The translations under genes were made by a program, and so were the position numbers. The notes beneath the pieces are model-generated. The model was given only the letters and a program-made list of their open reading frames with translations. It had not been told where the DNA came from and ran no database searches. DNA of 64,000 nt from Deltaproteobacteria bacterium (GTDB lineage Bacteria; SAR324; NAC60-12), in assembly GCA_038150265.1 (NCBI GenBank), contig JAYOTF010000010.1:1-64000 (forward strand), written 5' to 3'. How positions within the stretch are numbered: position 1 is the stretch's first letter; each line of letters opens with the position of its first letter. This document shows positions 1-13,854 of this stretch, in pieces.

Positions 1-20
1 TCCTCATGAGATTCTCCCTT
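1..20 (-). other. Probable start (ATG at 7) and Shine-Dalgarno of a minus-strand gene leaving the window, divergent from the LysR gene
   Basis: CAT at 5-7; TTCTCCCTT at 12-20 reads AAGGGAGAA on the minus strand; a divergent target is typical of LysR loci. Confidence 0.4.
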
Positions 21-330
21 GTGAGGTTGACAAAAAACGTCGTGCAAGCGTGACGTGCGAGTTATTGTTAGAGTGGTTCGAGCAAAAGTCAATGAATTAT
101 TTACACGCGTAAAAAATGCATCTCACTCTTGGACTCCCCCTTCCACTGGTACAGGAACCAGAGCCGTTTGGCAAGGCTGTTTCAGAGGGCTCACGCGGAA
201 ATCGCCCCACCCGTTTTCGCTGCTCTCCAGGACCGAAGCGCCCCCGATCGGCTCCTGTTTGCCTCCACCTCCAGGCGCAGCAATCAGGCAAACGTAAAAT
301 TCATGAAATTTTTTTCATCATAAAAGCACC

Positions 331-1227
331 ATGAACCTGAATCACGTCCTGACCTTCATCCGCATTGCCGAGGAAAAGAGCTTCAGCGCAGCCGCCAAGC
401 GGCTCAAACGCCCCCGCTCGCAGGTCAGTCGCGACCTGCGTACCCTGGAGGAAGCCGTGGGAGTTCGCCTCCTCGAACGAACCACCCGGCAGGTTCGCCT
501 GACGGAATCCGGGCACCTTTACTTTCAGCGTTGCAAGAACCTGCTGGATGAACTCGAAGACGCGACCCATGCCCTTCAGGGCATGCAGGACGAGTTCAAG
601 GGCGTGATCCGGGTGACCGCTCCGGTGGACCTTGGCGCGGCGGTGATTTCCGGACTGATTGCGGAATTCCTCAAGAGCTACCCGCAGCTCCGGGTGGAGC
701 TGAACTGCACGCAGCGGGTCGTCAACCTGATTGAGGAACAGTACGACCTCGCCATCCGGGTGACCAAGAGCCTGAGCGATTCATCCTTTGTCGCGCGGTT
801 GCTCGGGAAGACCCCCATGGAGCTGTACGCCGCTCCGGAGTGGCTCGCTCAGCAAACCGGCTTGACGCATCCGGAGCAACTGAACGCCCTCAGCGGCATT
901 GTCTTTCAGCCCCGCAGCGGCGCCATTGAGTGGCAACTGTTCCACCACACTGAGCAGGTCACGCTCAAGCCGGTCGGCCAGTTCATCACAGATGACCTCA
1001 GAGGAGCGCTACAGGGGATTTTGCAGGGGTTGGGTTATGGCGTGCTGCCTGATTTCATGGCTCAGGCCGATGTCCTCGAGGGACGGCTCGTGCGTTTGTT
1101 TCCAGAATGGAAAGGAGAGTTCGGAGCCGTTTATGCGGTGTACCCGAGCCGCCGGCTCCTGCAGCCCAAGGTGAAGGCGCTCCTGGATTTTCTGCAGGAG
1201 CACTTTTTGGAAAAGACCAAAGGCTGA
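331..1227 (+). CDS. LysR-family transcriptional regulator (CrgA/DmlR-like)
   Basis: N-terminal HTH 'SFSAAAKRL...SQVSRDLRTLEEAVGVRLLERTTR'; C-terminal 'VYPSRRLLQPKV'. Confidence 0.95.
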   Translation: MNLNHVLTFIRIAEEKSFSAAAKRLKRPRSQVSRDLRTLEEAVGVRLLERTTRQVRLTESGHLYFQRCKNLLDELEDATHALQGMQDEFKGVIRVTAPVDLGAAVISGLIAEFLKSYPQLRVELNCTQRVVNLIEEQYDLAIRVTKSLSDSSFVARLLGKTPMELYAAPEWLAQQTGLTHPEQLNALSGIVFQPRSGAIEWQLFHHTEQVTLKPVGQFITDDLRGALQGILQGLGYGVLPDFMAQADVLEGRLVRLFPEWKGEFGAVYAVYPSRRLLQPKVKALLDFLQEHFLEKTKG

Positions 1228-1228
1228 G

Positions 1229-2227
1229 CTACGCCATCCACTCCGGAACCGGCAGGTTCTTCGACCGGAGGAAGTCTGGATTGAAGAGCTTGGACTGGTA
1301 GCGGGTTCCGGAGTCGCAGAGGATGGTGACAATGGTTTTGCCAGGCCCCAGCTCCCGGGCCAGGCGAATGGCACCCGCGACATTGATCATCGCAGAGCCT
1401 CCCAAGACGAGCCCTTCTTCCCGGATGAGGTCAAACCCGATGGGAAGCGCCTCTTCGTCGCTTACCTGAAACGCCAGGTCCACCGGCGCCTCTTCCAGGT
1501 TGGCGGTGATGCGCCCTTGCCCAATGCCTTCCGTGATGGAACCGCCTTCGGCCTTCAGTTCGCCGTTCTGGTAGAAGTTGTAAAGTGCCGCGCCCATTGG
1601 ATCGGTCAGCGCCACCACGATGTTGGAATTGAACCCCTTGAGCGCCTGCCCCGTTCCGGCCAACGTCCCCCCGGTTCCTACGGCGCAGGTAAAGGCGTCC
1701 ACGGTTCCATTGGTCTGCTCCCAGATTTCCGGGCCGGTTGTCTCAAGGTGCCCCTGCCGGTTGGCGACGTTGTCAAACTGATTGGCCCAGATTGCCCCAT
1801 TCGGTTCAGAAGCCGCCAGCTCTTCAGCAAGGCGTCCGGAATACTTGACGTAGTTGTTGGGGTCCCGGTAGGGCACTGCGGGGACTTCGCGCAAGTCGGC
1901 GCCACAGAGGCGGAGCATGTCCTTCTTTTCCTGGCTCTGCGTCTCCGGAATCACAATCACCGTGCGGTACCCTCGGGCATTTCCCACCAGCGCCAGACCA
2001 ATTCCGGTGTTGCCGGCCGTCCCTTCGACGATCACGCCTCCGGGCTTCAGGAGCCCCTTCTTTTCCGCATCCAGCACAATTGCCTTGGCGGCCCGGTCCT
2101 TCACGGAACCTCCGGGGTTCATGAATTCAGCCTTCCCCAGAATCGTGCAGCCCGTCAGTTCTGAAGCCTTCCGGAGTTTGATCAGGGGGGTATGGCCAAC
2201 GGCATCCAGGAAATCAGAGCGGATCAT
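1229..2227 (-). CDS. cysK: Cysteine synthase (O-acetylserine thiol-lyase)
   Basis: PLP motif 'KAEFMNPGGSVKDR', 'TAGNTG', 'GTGGT'; start trimmed to MIRSDF at 2227. Confidence 0.9.
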   Translation of the reverse strand: MIRSDFLDAVGHTPLIKLRKASELTGCTILGKAEFMNPGGSVKDRAAKAIVLDAEKKGLLKPGGVIVEGTAGNTGIGLALVGNARGYRTVIVIPETQSQEKKDMLRLCGADLREVPAVPYRDPNNYVKYSGRLAEELAASEPNGAIWANQFDNVANRQGHLETTGPEIWEQTNGTVDAFTCAVGTGGTLAGTGQALKGFNSNIVVALTDPMGAALYNFYQNGELKAEGGSITEGIGQGRITANLEEAPVDLAFQVSDEEALPIGFDLIREEGLVLGGSAMINVAGAIRLARELGPGKTIVTILCDSGTRYQSKLFNPDFLRSKNLPVPEWMA

Positions 2228-2265
2228 GGTCGATTCAAGCAAAAGATGAGGGGAGTGGGTGAGGT

Positions 2266-2979
2266 TCAGGAAGTGGTGTGCGCCGCCGGGGAGAGGTCCC
2301 GGAGGCGTTCCAGCAACGGATGCAGCTGCCAGCCACAGAGCGCCCCCAGCGTTGCCCAAAATCCAGCAGAGGTCACCAGCGAGGCGATCGCAAACTGGGC
2401 CGAAAGTTCTGCCGGAACCGAGCTTTCAGCAGCAACCGGATGCGGGGCCCCCAGCACATGAGGCGCCAGCAAGAACGCGCCCCCGGCGACTCGCAGCCAA
2501 AGGGCCGAGCCCTCCAGCAGCAGCGTCAGCCCCGTCACGCTCGCGAGAACGGTTCCCAGCCACCACACCTGACGATCCGCCAGGTCTGCAGCGGCCATGC
2601 CGGGCAGTTCCGGGGGCAGCCCCAGGGCGGGAGCCACGGAAAAGGCCAGAAAGGCCAACAGCCCCCACGTGACCCCAGATGCCGCGTCTACCGCTTTTCC
2701 GCGCCAGAGCATTCCAGCAGAGAGCAAGAGGGCAAACGCCCAACCGGTGACCACATTCGCAATGGCGGTCCAGCCTCGGCGTTCCCAGCCGTTTTCCGGA
2801 GTCCACTCGTGAATGTGCTCGCTACCGTCGGCATGGAGGTGAACCACTCGCTGCTCCAGCCGTTCGGCTTCCAGCAGCAGGGGAGTGACCCGGAGTTCCT
2901 GAAGCAGGCTGGTCGCCAGCCCGGCAAGCAAGCCAGCCAACAAAATGGTCCGCAGCAGTCCCCAACCCAGCGGGCGCAT
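2266..2979 (-). CDS. cbtA: Cobalt transporter subunit CbtA
   Basis: 'LGLPPELPGMAAADLADRQVWW', His-rich loop, 'PHVLGAPHP'. Confidence 0.9.
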   Translation of the reverse strand: MRPLGWGLLRTILLAGLLAGLATSLLQELRVTPLLLEAERLEQRVVHLHADGSEHIHEWTPENGWERRGWTAIANVVTGWAFALLLSAGMLWRGKAVDAASGVTWGLLAFLAFSVAPALGLPPELPGMAAADLADRQVWWLGTVLASVTGLTLLLEGSALWLRVAGGAFLLAPHVLGAPHPVAAESSVPAELSAQFAIASLVTSAGFWATLGALCGWQLHPLLERLRDLSPAAHTTS

Positions 2980-3161
2980 CAGTGACAGGGAAAGGTGAAG
3001 GCGTGACGGGTGTCGTGAGCGGCGTTGTGAATCACCGAGTTGCTTCCCTGGGCAAAGCCCACCAGCGTCAGAAGCCCCACACCCACCAGTCCCAGCACCA
3101 GGGCCAGGCGCAAGCGTAGAGACGTCGAAGAGGAAGCAGAGGAGGTGTGTGTGATCATCAT
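2979..3161 (-). CDS. cbtB: Cobalt transporter subunit CbtB
   Basis: One TM helix followed by the signature 'HNAAHDTRHAFTFPCH'; start trimmed to 3161. Confidence 0.9.
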   Translation of the reverse strand: MMITHTSSASSSTSLRLRLALVLGLVGVGLLTLVGFAQGSNSVIHNAAHDTRHAFTFPCH

Positions 3162-3232
3162 AGAAATTCCATCTAAAAGTTTTGGAACGGTAAGATGCGT
3201 GAAATTGGGACCAATCGCAAGCATCAACTGGC

Positions 3233-4582
3233 TCAGGGACCTTTGAGCTGGAGCAGCGTCCGCATCAGTTCCGGAGCCTGGGCAAAGTGCAGGTGGACGT
3301 AAGAGGCATGCAGGTTGGAGGTCCGGAACCCTTCCCGACGCGTGACGCCCGTGGAGTGCCGCGTGACCTCCCAGGCGTTTGCCAACGCTGCCTCTTCCAG
3401 CCACTCGGAGTGGTGAAATTCATGACCACGGGCTTCCGGAAGCTCCGGGTGCCGCGCGTAGCAGTACCCGAAGTGCTGGAGGTGAGAAGTCATCCGGACG
3501 TTTCCCGGCACGGCGCCCACCATCGGAAAGCTCTGCTTGCCGCTCGTGTGCAGCCGCTCCGCCAGCAGCATCAGGCCTCCACACTCGGCGTAACAGGGGA
3601 GCCCGCCGGCAATCGCTTCCCGCAGGCTGTGGCGCATGGGGGCGTTTTCCGCCATTTGCTCTGCAAAGACTTCCGGAAACCCGCCTCCCAGCACCAGCGC
3701 ATCCAGGTTCCGGGGCAGCTCCGAATCTGCCAGCGGTGAGAAGGACACCACCTCCACCCCTTCCTGCTCCAGCCAATCCAGGTTGGCCTGGTAGTAAAAA
3801 TGAAAGGCTTCATCCTGCGCCACCCCCACCCGCTTCCGCTTCTCCAACAACGGCACGGGTGGCGTGAAACGCGCGACCTCAAACGTTTCCAGACCCCGGA
3901 GCTGCTGCTTCAGCGCGGCGAGGTCGAGGTGCTCTTCTGCGAGCCGGGCCAGCTGAGTCGCAGGCGGAAGGGGCTGTTCGGTGCTGGCTCGCAGTCCCAA
4001 ATGCCGCTCGGGCCACTCCAGCTCGGCAAGGCGTGGCACCAGTCCCAGCAACGGGACCTCCAGGTTCCAGGCCTTCCGGAGGTAGCGCGCGTGGCCATCG
4101 CTGCTGACCTGGTTGAGGATCACGCCGATGATGCGCTCCGGACCCGCGTCTTGCAGGAAGCCACGGATGCTGGACAGGACCGACCGTCCGGCATGAGCGA
4201 CGGGCACCACCAGCACCACCGGCCAGTTCAGCCAGCGGGCCAGTTCCAGCGTGCTGCCGGCGTCAGAGTCCGGGTGGGCTCCATCAAACAGCCCCATCAC
4301 GCCTTCTCCCACCCCCAGCGCTTGAGCCGTCAACCGCTCGGCTGTTGCCCGGACCGCGGCTTCGCCCATGATCCACGAATCCAGGTTGACCGACGGTGCC
4401 TCGGCATAAAACCGGTGGTAGCCCGGGTCAATGAAATCTGGTCCCACCTTGAACGGCTGCAGGGGGTAGCCCGAGGCTCGCAAGGCTGCCAGCAACAGGG
4501 CCATCAGCGTGGTCTTCCCACTGCTGCTCTGTGTTCCCGCCAGAAAGAATCCCGGATGTGGAGGAGGGAGCAAGGGGGGCAT
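3233..4582 (-). CDS. cobB: Cobyrinate/hydrogenobyrinate a,c-diamide synthase
   Basis: 'SSSGKTT', 'FKVGPDFIDP', 'EGVMGLFDG', GATase 'YAECGGLM', 'GHEFHHS'; start trimmed to 4582. Confidence 0.93.
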   Translation of the reverse strand: MPPLLPPPHPGFFLAGTQSSSGKTTLMALLLAALRASGYPLQPFKVGPDFIDPGYHRFYAEAPSVNLDSWIMGEAAVRATAERLTAQALGVGEGVMGLFDGAHPDSDAGSTLELARWLNWPVVLVVPVAHAGRSVLSSIRGFLQDAGPERIIGVILNQVSSDGHARYLRKAWNLEVPLLGLVPRLAELEWPERHLGLRASTEQPLPPATQLARLAEEHLDLAALKQQLRGLETFEVARFTPPVPLLEKRKRVGVAQDEAFHFYYQANLDWLEQEGVEVVSFSPLADSELPRNLDALVLGGGFPEVFAEQMAENAPMRHSLREAIAGGLPCYAECGGLMLLAERLHTSGKQSFPMVGAVPGNVRMTSHLQHFGYCYARHPELPEARGHEFHHSEWLEEAALANAWEVTRHSTGVTRREGFRTSNLHASYVHLHFAQAPELMRTLLQLKGP

Positions 4583-4689
4583 GGCTTTTCTTGGCTTCTC
4601 TGCTGAAAGAAGAAAACACTCGCAAAAAGGGGCATCATACTGGGTTTGTGACCTCAAGGCAACTTCTGCGGAAGCGTCTTGGATTGAAT

Positions 4690-4718
4690 TTGATTTCCCG
4701 CCCCTTCAGTGCTATATA
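4690..4718 (+). promoter_or_regulatory. Sigma70-type promoter for gltBD
   Basis: TTGATT-N17-TATATA with an extended -10 TG in an AT-rich patch. Confidence 0.6.
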
Positions 4719-4976
4719 AATTAGTTCCTTTAAGCTCGGGAGCCCAGAATCACCCCTGTCGTCCCTGACTGGAACATGGGTCATGGGGACTGGATCTGGC
4801 GTCAAAATCGTCCCACCTTAAGAACAAACATCCCGACGCGACTTTGTGGTGGAAGCCGGTCGTCAACAGTCCGCTCCTGCTTTCCAACCCCCGATTCGGG
4901 ATCCTCTAGGATTCAAGCAACAACCTGTCGGCTGGTCCCGACAAGCCCGGAACAATCATTTGAAGAATGGATTCTC

Positions 4977-9467
<4,491 letters not shown>

Positions 9468-9508
9468 CTCGAACCTGACTCTTCAAACCGCAAACACGAC
9501 AAACGCGT

Positions 9509-11020
9509 ATGGGAAAAGATACCGGATTTTTGGAAGTTGAGAAGCAACCGGTTCCTCGCCGAGCCATTGCTGAGCGGGTTCAGGATTTCCGTGAATACGA
9601 CAAGTCCTACTCCATCCCGGACATCCGTCAGCAGGCTTCACGCTGCATGGACTGCGGGGTGCCGTTCTGCCACACGGGCTGCCCCCTGGGGAACCTGATT
9701 CCCGACTGGAACGACCTCGTCTATCGCGGGCACTGGCGGGAAGCGCTCGACACGCTCCACAGCACCAACAACTTCCCCGAGTTCACCGGACGCATCTGTC
9801 CGGCACCGTGTGAGGACTCCTGCGTCCTCAACGCCTACTACACCCTCGATGAAGAAGAGAAGGCCAAGAAGGCCCACTCCGTTACCATTGAGCAAATTGA
9901 AAAGCACATTGCGGACAAGGGCTGGGCAGAGGGCTGGATTGTCCCACAGCCCCCCAAGCAACTGACCGGGAAAAAGATCGCCATCGTCGGCTCCGGACCC
10001 GCTGGACTTGCTGCCGCTCAGCAGCTGCGACGCGTGGGACACGAGGTGACGGTCTTTGAAAAAGAGGACCGCGCCGGGGGCCTGCTCCGCTACGGCATTC
10101 CGGACTTCAAGCTCGACAAGCAGCACGTTCAGCGCCGAGTCGATCAGCTGGAAGCCGAAGGGGTGGTCTTCCGAACCGGTGTGAACGTTGGGAGCGACCT
10201 CACGGCCAGTGAGCTGCAGGCCCAGTTTGACGCCATCCTCCTTGCAACCGGGGCACAGGTCGCCCGCAAGCTGGGCGTCGAAGGCGCCGAGCTCGACGGC
10301 ATTCACTACGCCATGGACTACCTGCCCCAGCGCAACCGAACCGTTGCGGGCGACTCTGTGGAAAACGGAGTGGTCGCAGAGGGCAAGAAAGCGGCCATCC
10401 TCGGAGGAGGCTTCACCGCTGCCGACTGCATGGGCAACCTGAACCGGCAGCAGGCCGACCGCCACGTTCATCAGTTTGAACTCGTCAACATGCAGCCCCG
10501 CCCCACGCCCGTCCATGAGGAAATTGAGCCGGACTGCCGCGCCAACACCCTCACCGAAAAAGTCATCGGCGACGAAAACGGACGCGTCAAGGCGCTCCAG
10601 GCGGTTCGGGTGGAGTGGAAAAACGTGAACGGTCGCATGACCATGGAACGGGTTCCGGGCTCGGAGTTCACGGTTGAGGTGGACCTGGTTCTGCTGGCCA
10701 TGGGCTTCATTGGCCCGGAGCTGAAGGGGCTGCTTGAGCAACTGGATGTGGGCATCAGCGTCCGGGGACAAGAGGACATCCAGTCTCCGAAAGCCGTCCT
10801 GGAACAGCTGCAGCAACGGGAGCTGATGTTTGCCGTCAAGGCTGATGCCGACTTCCGGACCAACGTCGATGGGGTCTTTGTCGCTGGAGACGCCAAGCGA
10901 GGAGCCTCATTGGTGGTCTGGGCCATCTGGGAAGGACGGGAGGCGGCCCGCTGCATCGATCAGTACCTGATGGGCGCGACCGAATTGCCCACCTCGCCAC
11001 AACTGGAAGCCCTGGTATGA
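9509..11020 (+). CDS. gltD: Glutamate synthase small subunit
   Basis: 'QASRCMDCGVPFCHTGCP', 'NNFPEFTGRICPAPCE', 'GSGPAG', 'GASLVVWAI'. Confidence 0.95.
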   Translation: MGKDTGFLEVEKQPVPRRAIAERVQDFREYDKSYSIPDIRQQASRCMDCGVPFCHTGCPLGNLIPDWNDLVYRGHWREALDTLHSTNNFPEFTGRICPAPCEDSCVLNAYYTLDEEEKAKKAHSVTIEQIEKHIADKGWAEGWIVPQPPKQLTGKKIAIVGSGPAGLAAAQQLRRVGHEVTVFEKEDRAGGLLRYGIPDFKLDKQHVQRRVDQLEAEGVVFRTGVNVGSDLTASELQAQFDAILLATGAQVARKLGVEGAELDGIHYAMDYLPQRNRTVAGDSVENGVVAEGKKAAILGGGFTAADCMGNLNRQQADRHVHQFELVNMQPRPTPVHEEIEPDCRANTLTEKVIGDENGRVKALQAVRVEWKNVNGRMTMERVPGSEFTVEVDLVLLAMGFIGPELKGLLEQLDVGISVRGQEDIQSPKAVLEQLQQRELMFAVKADADFRTNVDGVFVAGDAKRGASLVVWAIWEGREAARCIDQYLMGATELPTSPQLEALV

Positions 11021-11838
11021 GTCGCAACGCCCTGATCTACCTGGTGGGGATCTGCAGCTTCATCGGCTTGGGGGCCTATGCCCTCATGCAGGAGCTGGAT
11101 CGCAACGAGCTGGAAATCAGCGGAAGCATCAGCGGCGTCATCCAGGCCACGCCTCAGGTCGGAGGCGCCATTGTCAAAACCGATGTGGCCTACCTCCTTC
11201 TGATTGAGCCGGAGACCAAACGCATTGCGGCCACCGGCATGATCAACCCGTTTGTCCCACCCATGGCCTTTTCGGTGGGACAGGCAGATGCCCTGAACGG
11301 ACAGACGCTCTCCGGAAACTACCAACTGCTGATCCTCACAGACAAAAACGCCGACCCCAATCTGCCGGGACCCGGCGAGTTGATCGGTCCGCTTTCGCCA
11401 ACGTACTCTCTCGGAAAAACCGGGGTCGAGTACGTCCTCGACCGGTTCTTTGAAGGCTTTCCTCCCGAGCTCGAAGGCGGGGTCCAGGACAGTGCCGAAA
11501 CCAGCATCAGCGGCACCGTCACCATTGCTCCTGAGCTGAGGAGCCAGGTGGAACCCGGTGACCGCCTGATCGTGCTCCTCTTTGATCCGAAGATGGGACG
11601 CCCTGCCGCCTTCCGGATCCTCGCCGGCTTCCGGGAGCCGCAGTCCTTCCACATTGGTGCTGCCGATGCCATGGGGGGAGGAGCGCTCACCGGCCCCTAC
11701 CAACTCCGGATTGTCACAGACAAGAACAACCAGCCCTTTCAGTCGGCTCCGGGAGAGGTCATTGGACGCTCAAGCGAGCTGATTCCCCTGGGAACGCATG
11801 GAATGGAATTCGTCCTGGACCAGCCGTATGTGCGGTAA
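11017..11838 (+). CDS. Membrane-anchored protein with two tandem CycH/CcmI C-terminal-like Ig domains
   Basis: N-terminal TM; two internally similar ~110-aa repeats (ISG..., G.ADA, L.G.YQL.I.TDKN, PGE.IG, E.VLD); ATGA overlap with the gltD stop. Confidence 0.7.
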   Translation: MSRNALIYLVGICSFIGLGAYALMQELDRNELEISGSISGVIQATPQVGGAIVKTDVAYLLLIEPETKRIAATGMINPFVPPMAFSVGQADALNGQTLSGNYQLLILTDKNADPNLPGPGELIGPLSPTYSLGKTGVEYVLDRFFEGFPPELEGGVQDSAETSISGTVTIAPELRSQVEPGDRLIVLLFDPKMGRPAAFRILAGFREPQSFHIGAADAMGGGALTGPYQLRIVTDKNNQPFQSAPGEVIGRSSELIPLGTHGMEFVLDQPYVR

Positions 11839-11917
11839 GGGGTCGAATTTTCGTGAATTTTCTCATTCATGTGCTACAAATGATGGTTTTATTTATCCAC
11901 CTTTCTAGAAGGAGTCC

Positions 11918-12271
11918 ATGTTCCTCTTTCCTTTTGTAACGGAAGCCTACGCCCAGGGAGCCGATGCGGGCGCACCAGCCGGTGCCGCCATCATGCAGTT
12001 TGTTCCGTTCATCCTGATCTTTGCCGTCTTCTACTTCCTCATCATCCGTCCCCAGCAAAAACGACAGAAGGAGCACCAGTCGATGCTGGCGGCGCTGGAA
12101 CGAGGCAACAAGGTGGTCACCTCCAGCGGCATCCATGGCACCCTCATCAAGATTGGGGACGACCAGGTCACGGTGGAGATTGCTCATAAAGTCAACGTCG
12201 TCATCGACCGTAGCCAGATTTCCCGCCTGGAGTCCGGAAGCAAGGACGAGTCAGAAGGATCCAAAGAGTAA
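11918..12271 (+). CDS. yajC: Preprotein translocase subunit YajC
   Basis: 'FYFLIIRPQQKRQKEH', 'VVTSSGIHG'; RBS AAGGAG. Confidence 0.95.
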   Translation: MFLFPFVTEAYAQGADAGAPAGAAIMQFVPFILIFAVFYFLIIRPQQKRQKEHQSMLAALERGNKVVTSSGIHGTLIKIGDDQVTVEIAHKVNVVIDRSQISRLESGSKDESEGSKE

Positions 12272-12274
12272 ATC

Positions 12275-13846
12275 ATGAACTTAAACGCAAAAGCGGTGTC
12301 CATCATCGCCGTGCTCCTGGCCGCGCTCTACTACGCCTTTCCCACTTATGAAGCCTACTTCACCGATCAGGACCCCCTGAATGTGACGGGCAAGGTCAAC
12401 CTGGGGCTCGACCTGCAAGGGGGCATGTACCTGGACGTGGAGGTCAAGTCTGATGAAGCCGTGGCCGTGATGACGCGACGGACCGCCCAGGAACTCGAAG
12501 ACGTCATGATTGACAACCAGGAGGACTTCATTGAGGTCCGGGTTCTGAGTGACACCGAGTTTACCATTGAAATGGAACCGGGACGGCCGCTGAACCTGAA
12601 TGAAGACCCCTACAGCCGCTTCATTGTCGAGTTTGATCAGCTGACGAACGGAGACCTCACCACCCTCACCCTCAAGCCGGAAGAGGTGACCCGCATTCAG
12701 GACAACGCCGTCAGCCAGGCGCTGGAGGTGCTCCGGAACCGCATCGATGGACTCGGCATCAGTGAGCCCTCCATTCAGCGACAGGGACAGAACAGCGTCG
12801 TGATTCAGCTTCCGGGCCTGAAGGACCGCGACAAGGCCATTGAGCTGATCGGGCCCCAGGCGGTGCTGGAATTCTACCTGACGAATCCCAACGCGACGCC
12901 TTCGACCTACAACCGCATTACCGAAGTCGTCAAGTACGAGGAAGTCTGGAACAAGCAGACCAACAAGCTCGTGGGCCGGAACCCGTATGTGCTGGAGAAG
13001 AAGATCCTCCTCACCGGTGAGTTCATCCGCGATGCGCAGGTCCGTTTCGATCCGCAGACCAACCAGCCCTATGTTTCGCTGTCGTTCGACTCCATTGGCG
13101 CAGAGACCTTTGCCCGCATCACCGAGCGGAACGTGGGCCGAAACCTCGCCATTGTCCTCGACGACAAGGTTCAGTCCGCTCCGGTGATCCGGGAAGCCAT
13201 TACCGGAGGAGAGGCCTCCATTTCAGGACAGTTCACGGTGGATGATGCCAAGAACCTGGCCATCGTGCTGCGTTCAGGGGCCCTTCCGGCGCCAATTGAG
13301 ATCCGTGAAGAGCGGACCGTTGGTGCCAGCCTGGGAGAAGACTCCGTCCGCCAGGGCCTGATGTCACTGCTGATTGGAGGGGGACTCGTCCTCGTCTTCA
13401 TGGCCGCCTACTACCGCGTGGCCGGCTCCTTTGCCGTGGTCTCCCTGCTGTTCAACATGATCATCATCATCGCGGTCCTCGGTGCCTTTGGTGCGACCCT
13501 GACCCTTCCGGGAATGGCGGGGATCGTCTTGACCATCGGCATGGCCGTGGACGCCAACGTGCTCATCTTTGAGCGCATCCGGGAGGAACTGCGACGCAGC
13601 GCCAACCCCCGTGCTGCCATCAAGGAGGGCTTCGACAAGGCCTTCCGGACCATTCTGGACTCGAACGTCACCACCCTGTTTGCGGCGCTGGCCCTCTTGC
13701 AGTTTGGAAGCGGCCCCATCAAGGGATTCGCGGTCACCCTGTCCATTGGCATCCTTGCCAGCATGTTTACCGCCATTGTGGTGACCCGCCTCCTGTTTGA
13801 GTTGGTCTACCTCAACCGAAATCAGTTAAAATCCATCAGCATCTGA
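12275..13846 (+). CDS. secD: Protein translocase subunit SecD
   Basis: 'LGLDLQGG', 'LRSGALP', 'GMAVDANVLIFERIREE'. Confidence 0.97.
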   Translation: MNLNAKAVSIIAVLLAALYYAFPTYEAYFTDQDPLNVTGKVNLGLDLQGGMYLDVEVKSDEAVAVMTRRTAQELEDVMIDNQEDFIEVRVLSDTEFTIEMEPGRPLNLNEDPYSRFIVEFDQLTNGDLTTLTLKPEEVTRIQDNAVSQALEVLRNRIDGLGISEPSIQRQGQNSVVIQLPGLKDRDKAIELIGPQAVLEFYLTNPNATPSTYNRITEVVKYEEVWNKQTNKLVGRNPYVLEKKILLTGEFIRDAQVRFDPQTNQPYVSLSFDSIGAETFARITERNVGRNLAIVLDDKVQSAPVIREAITGGEASISGQFTVDDAKNLAIVLRSGALPAPIEIREERTVGASLGEDSVRQGLMSLLIGGGLVLVFMAAYYRVAGSFAVVSLLFNMIIIIAVLGAFGATLTLPGMAGIVLTIGMAVDANVLIFERIREELRRSANPRAAIKEGFDKAFRTILDSNVTTLFAALALLQFGSGPIKGFAVTLSIGILASMFTAIVVTRLLFELVYLNRNQLKSISI

Positions 13847-13854
13847 GAGCCTCC

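Noticed and set aside
4583..4976. Cobalamin riboswitch upstream of cobB/cbtBA
   Set aside because: No GGGAA...GCCCCCGC.ACUGU or B12-box elements are recognisable on the minus strand
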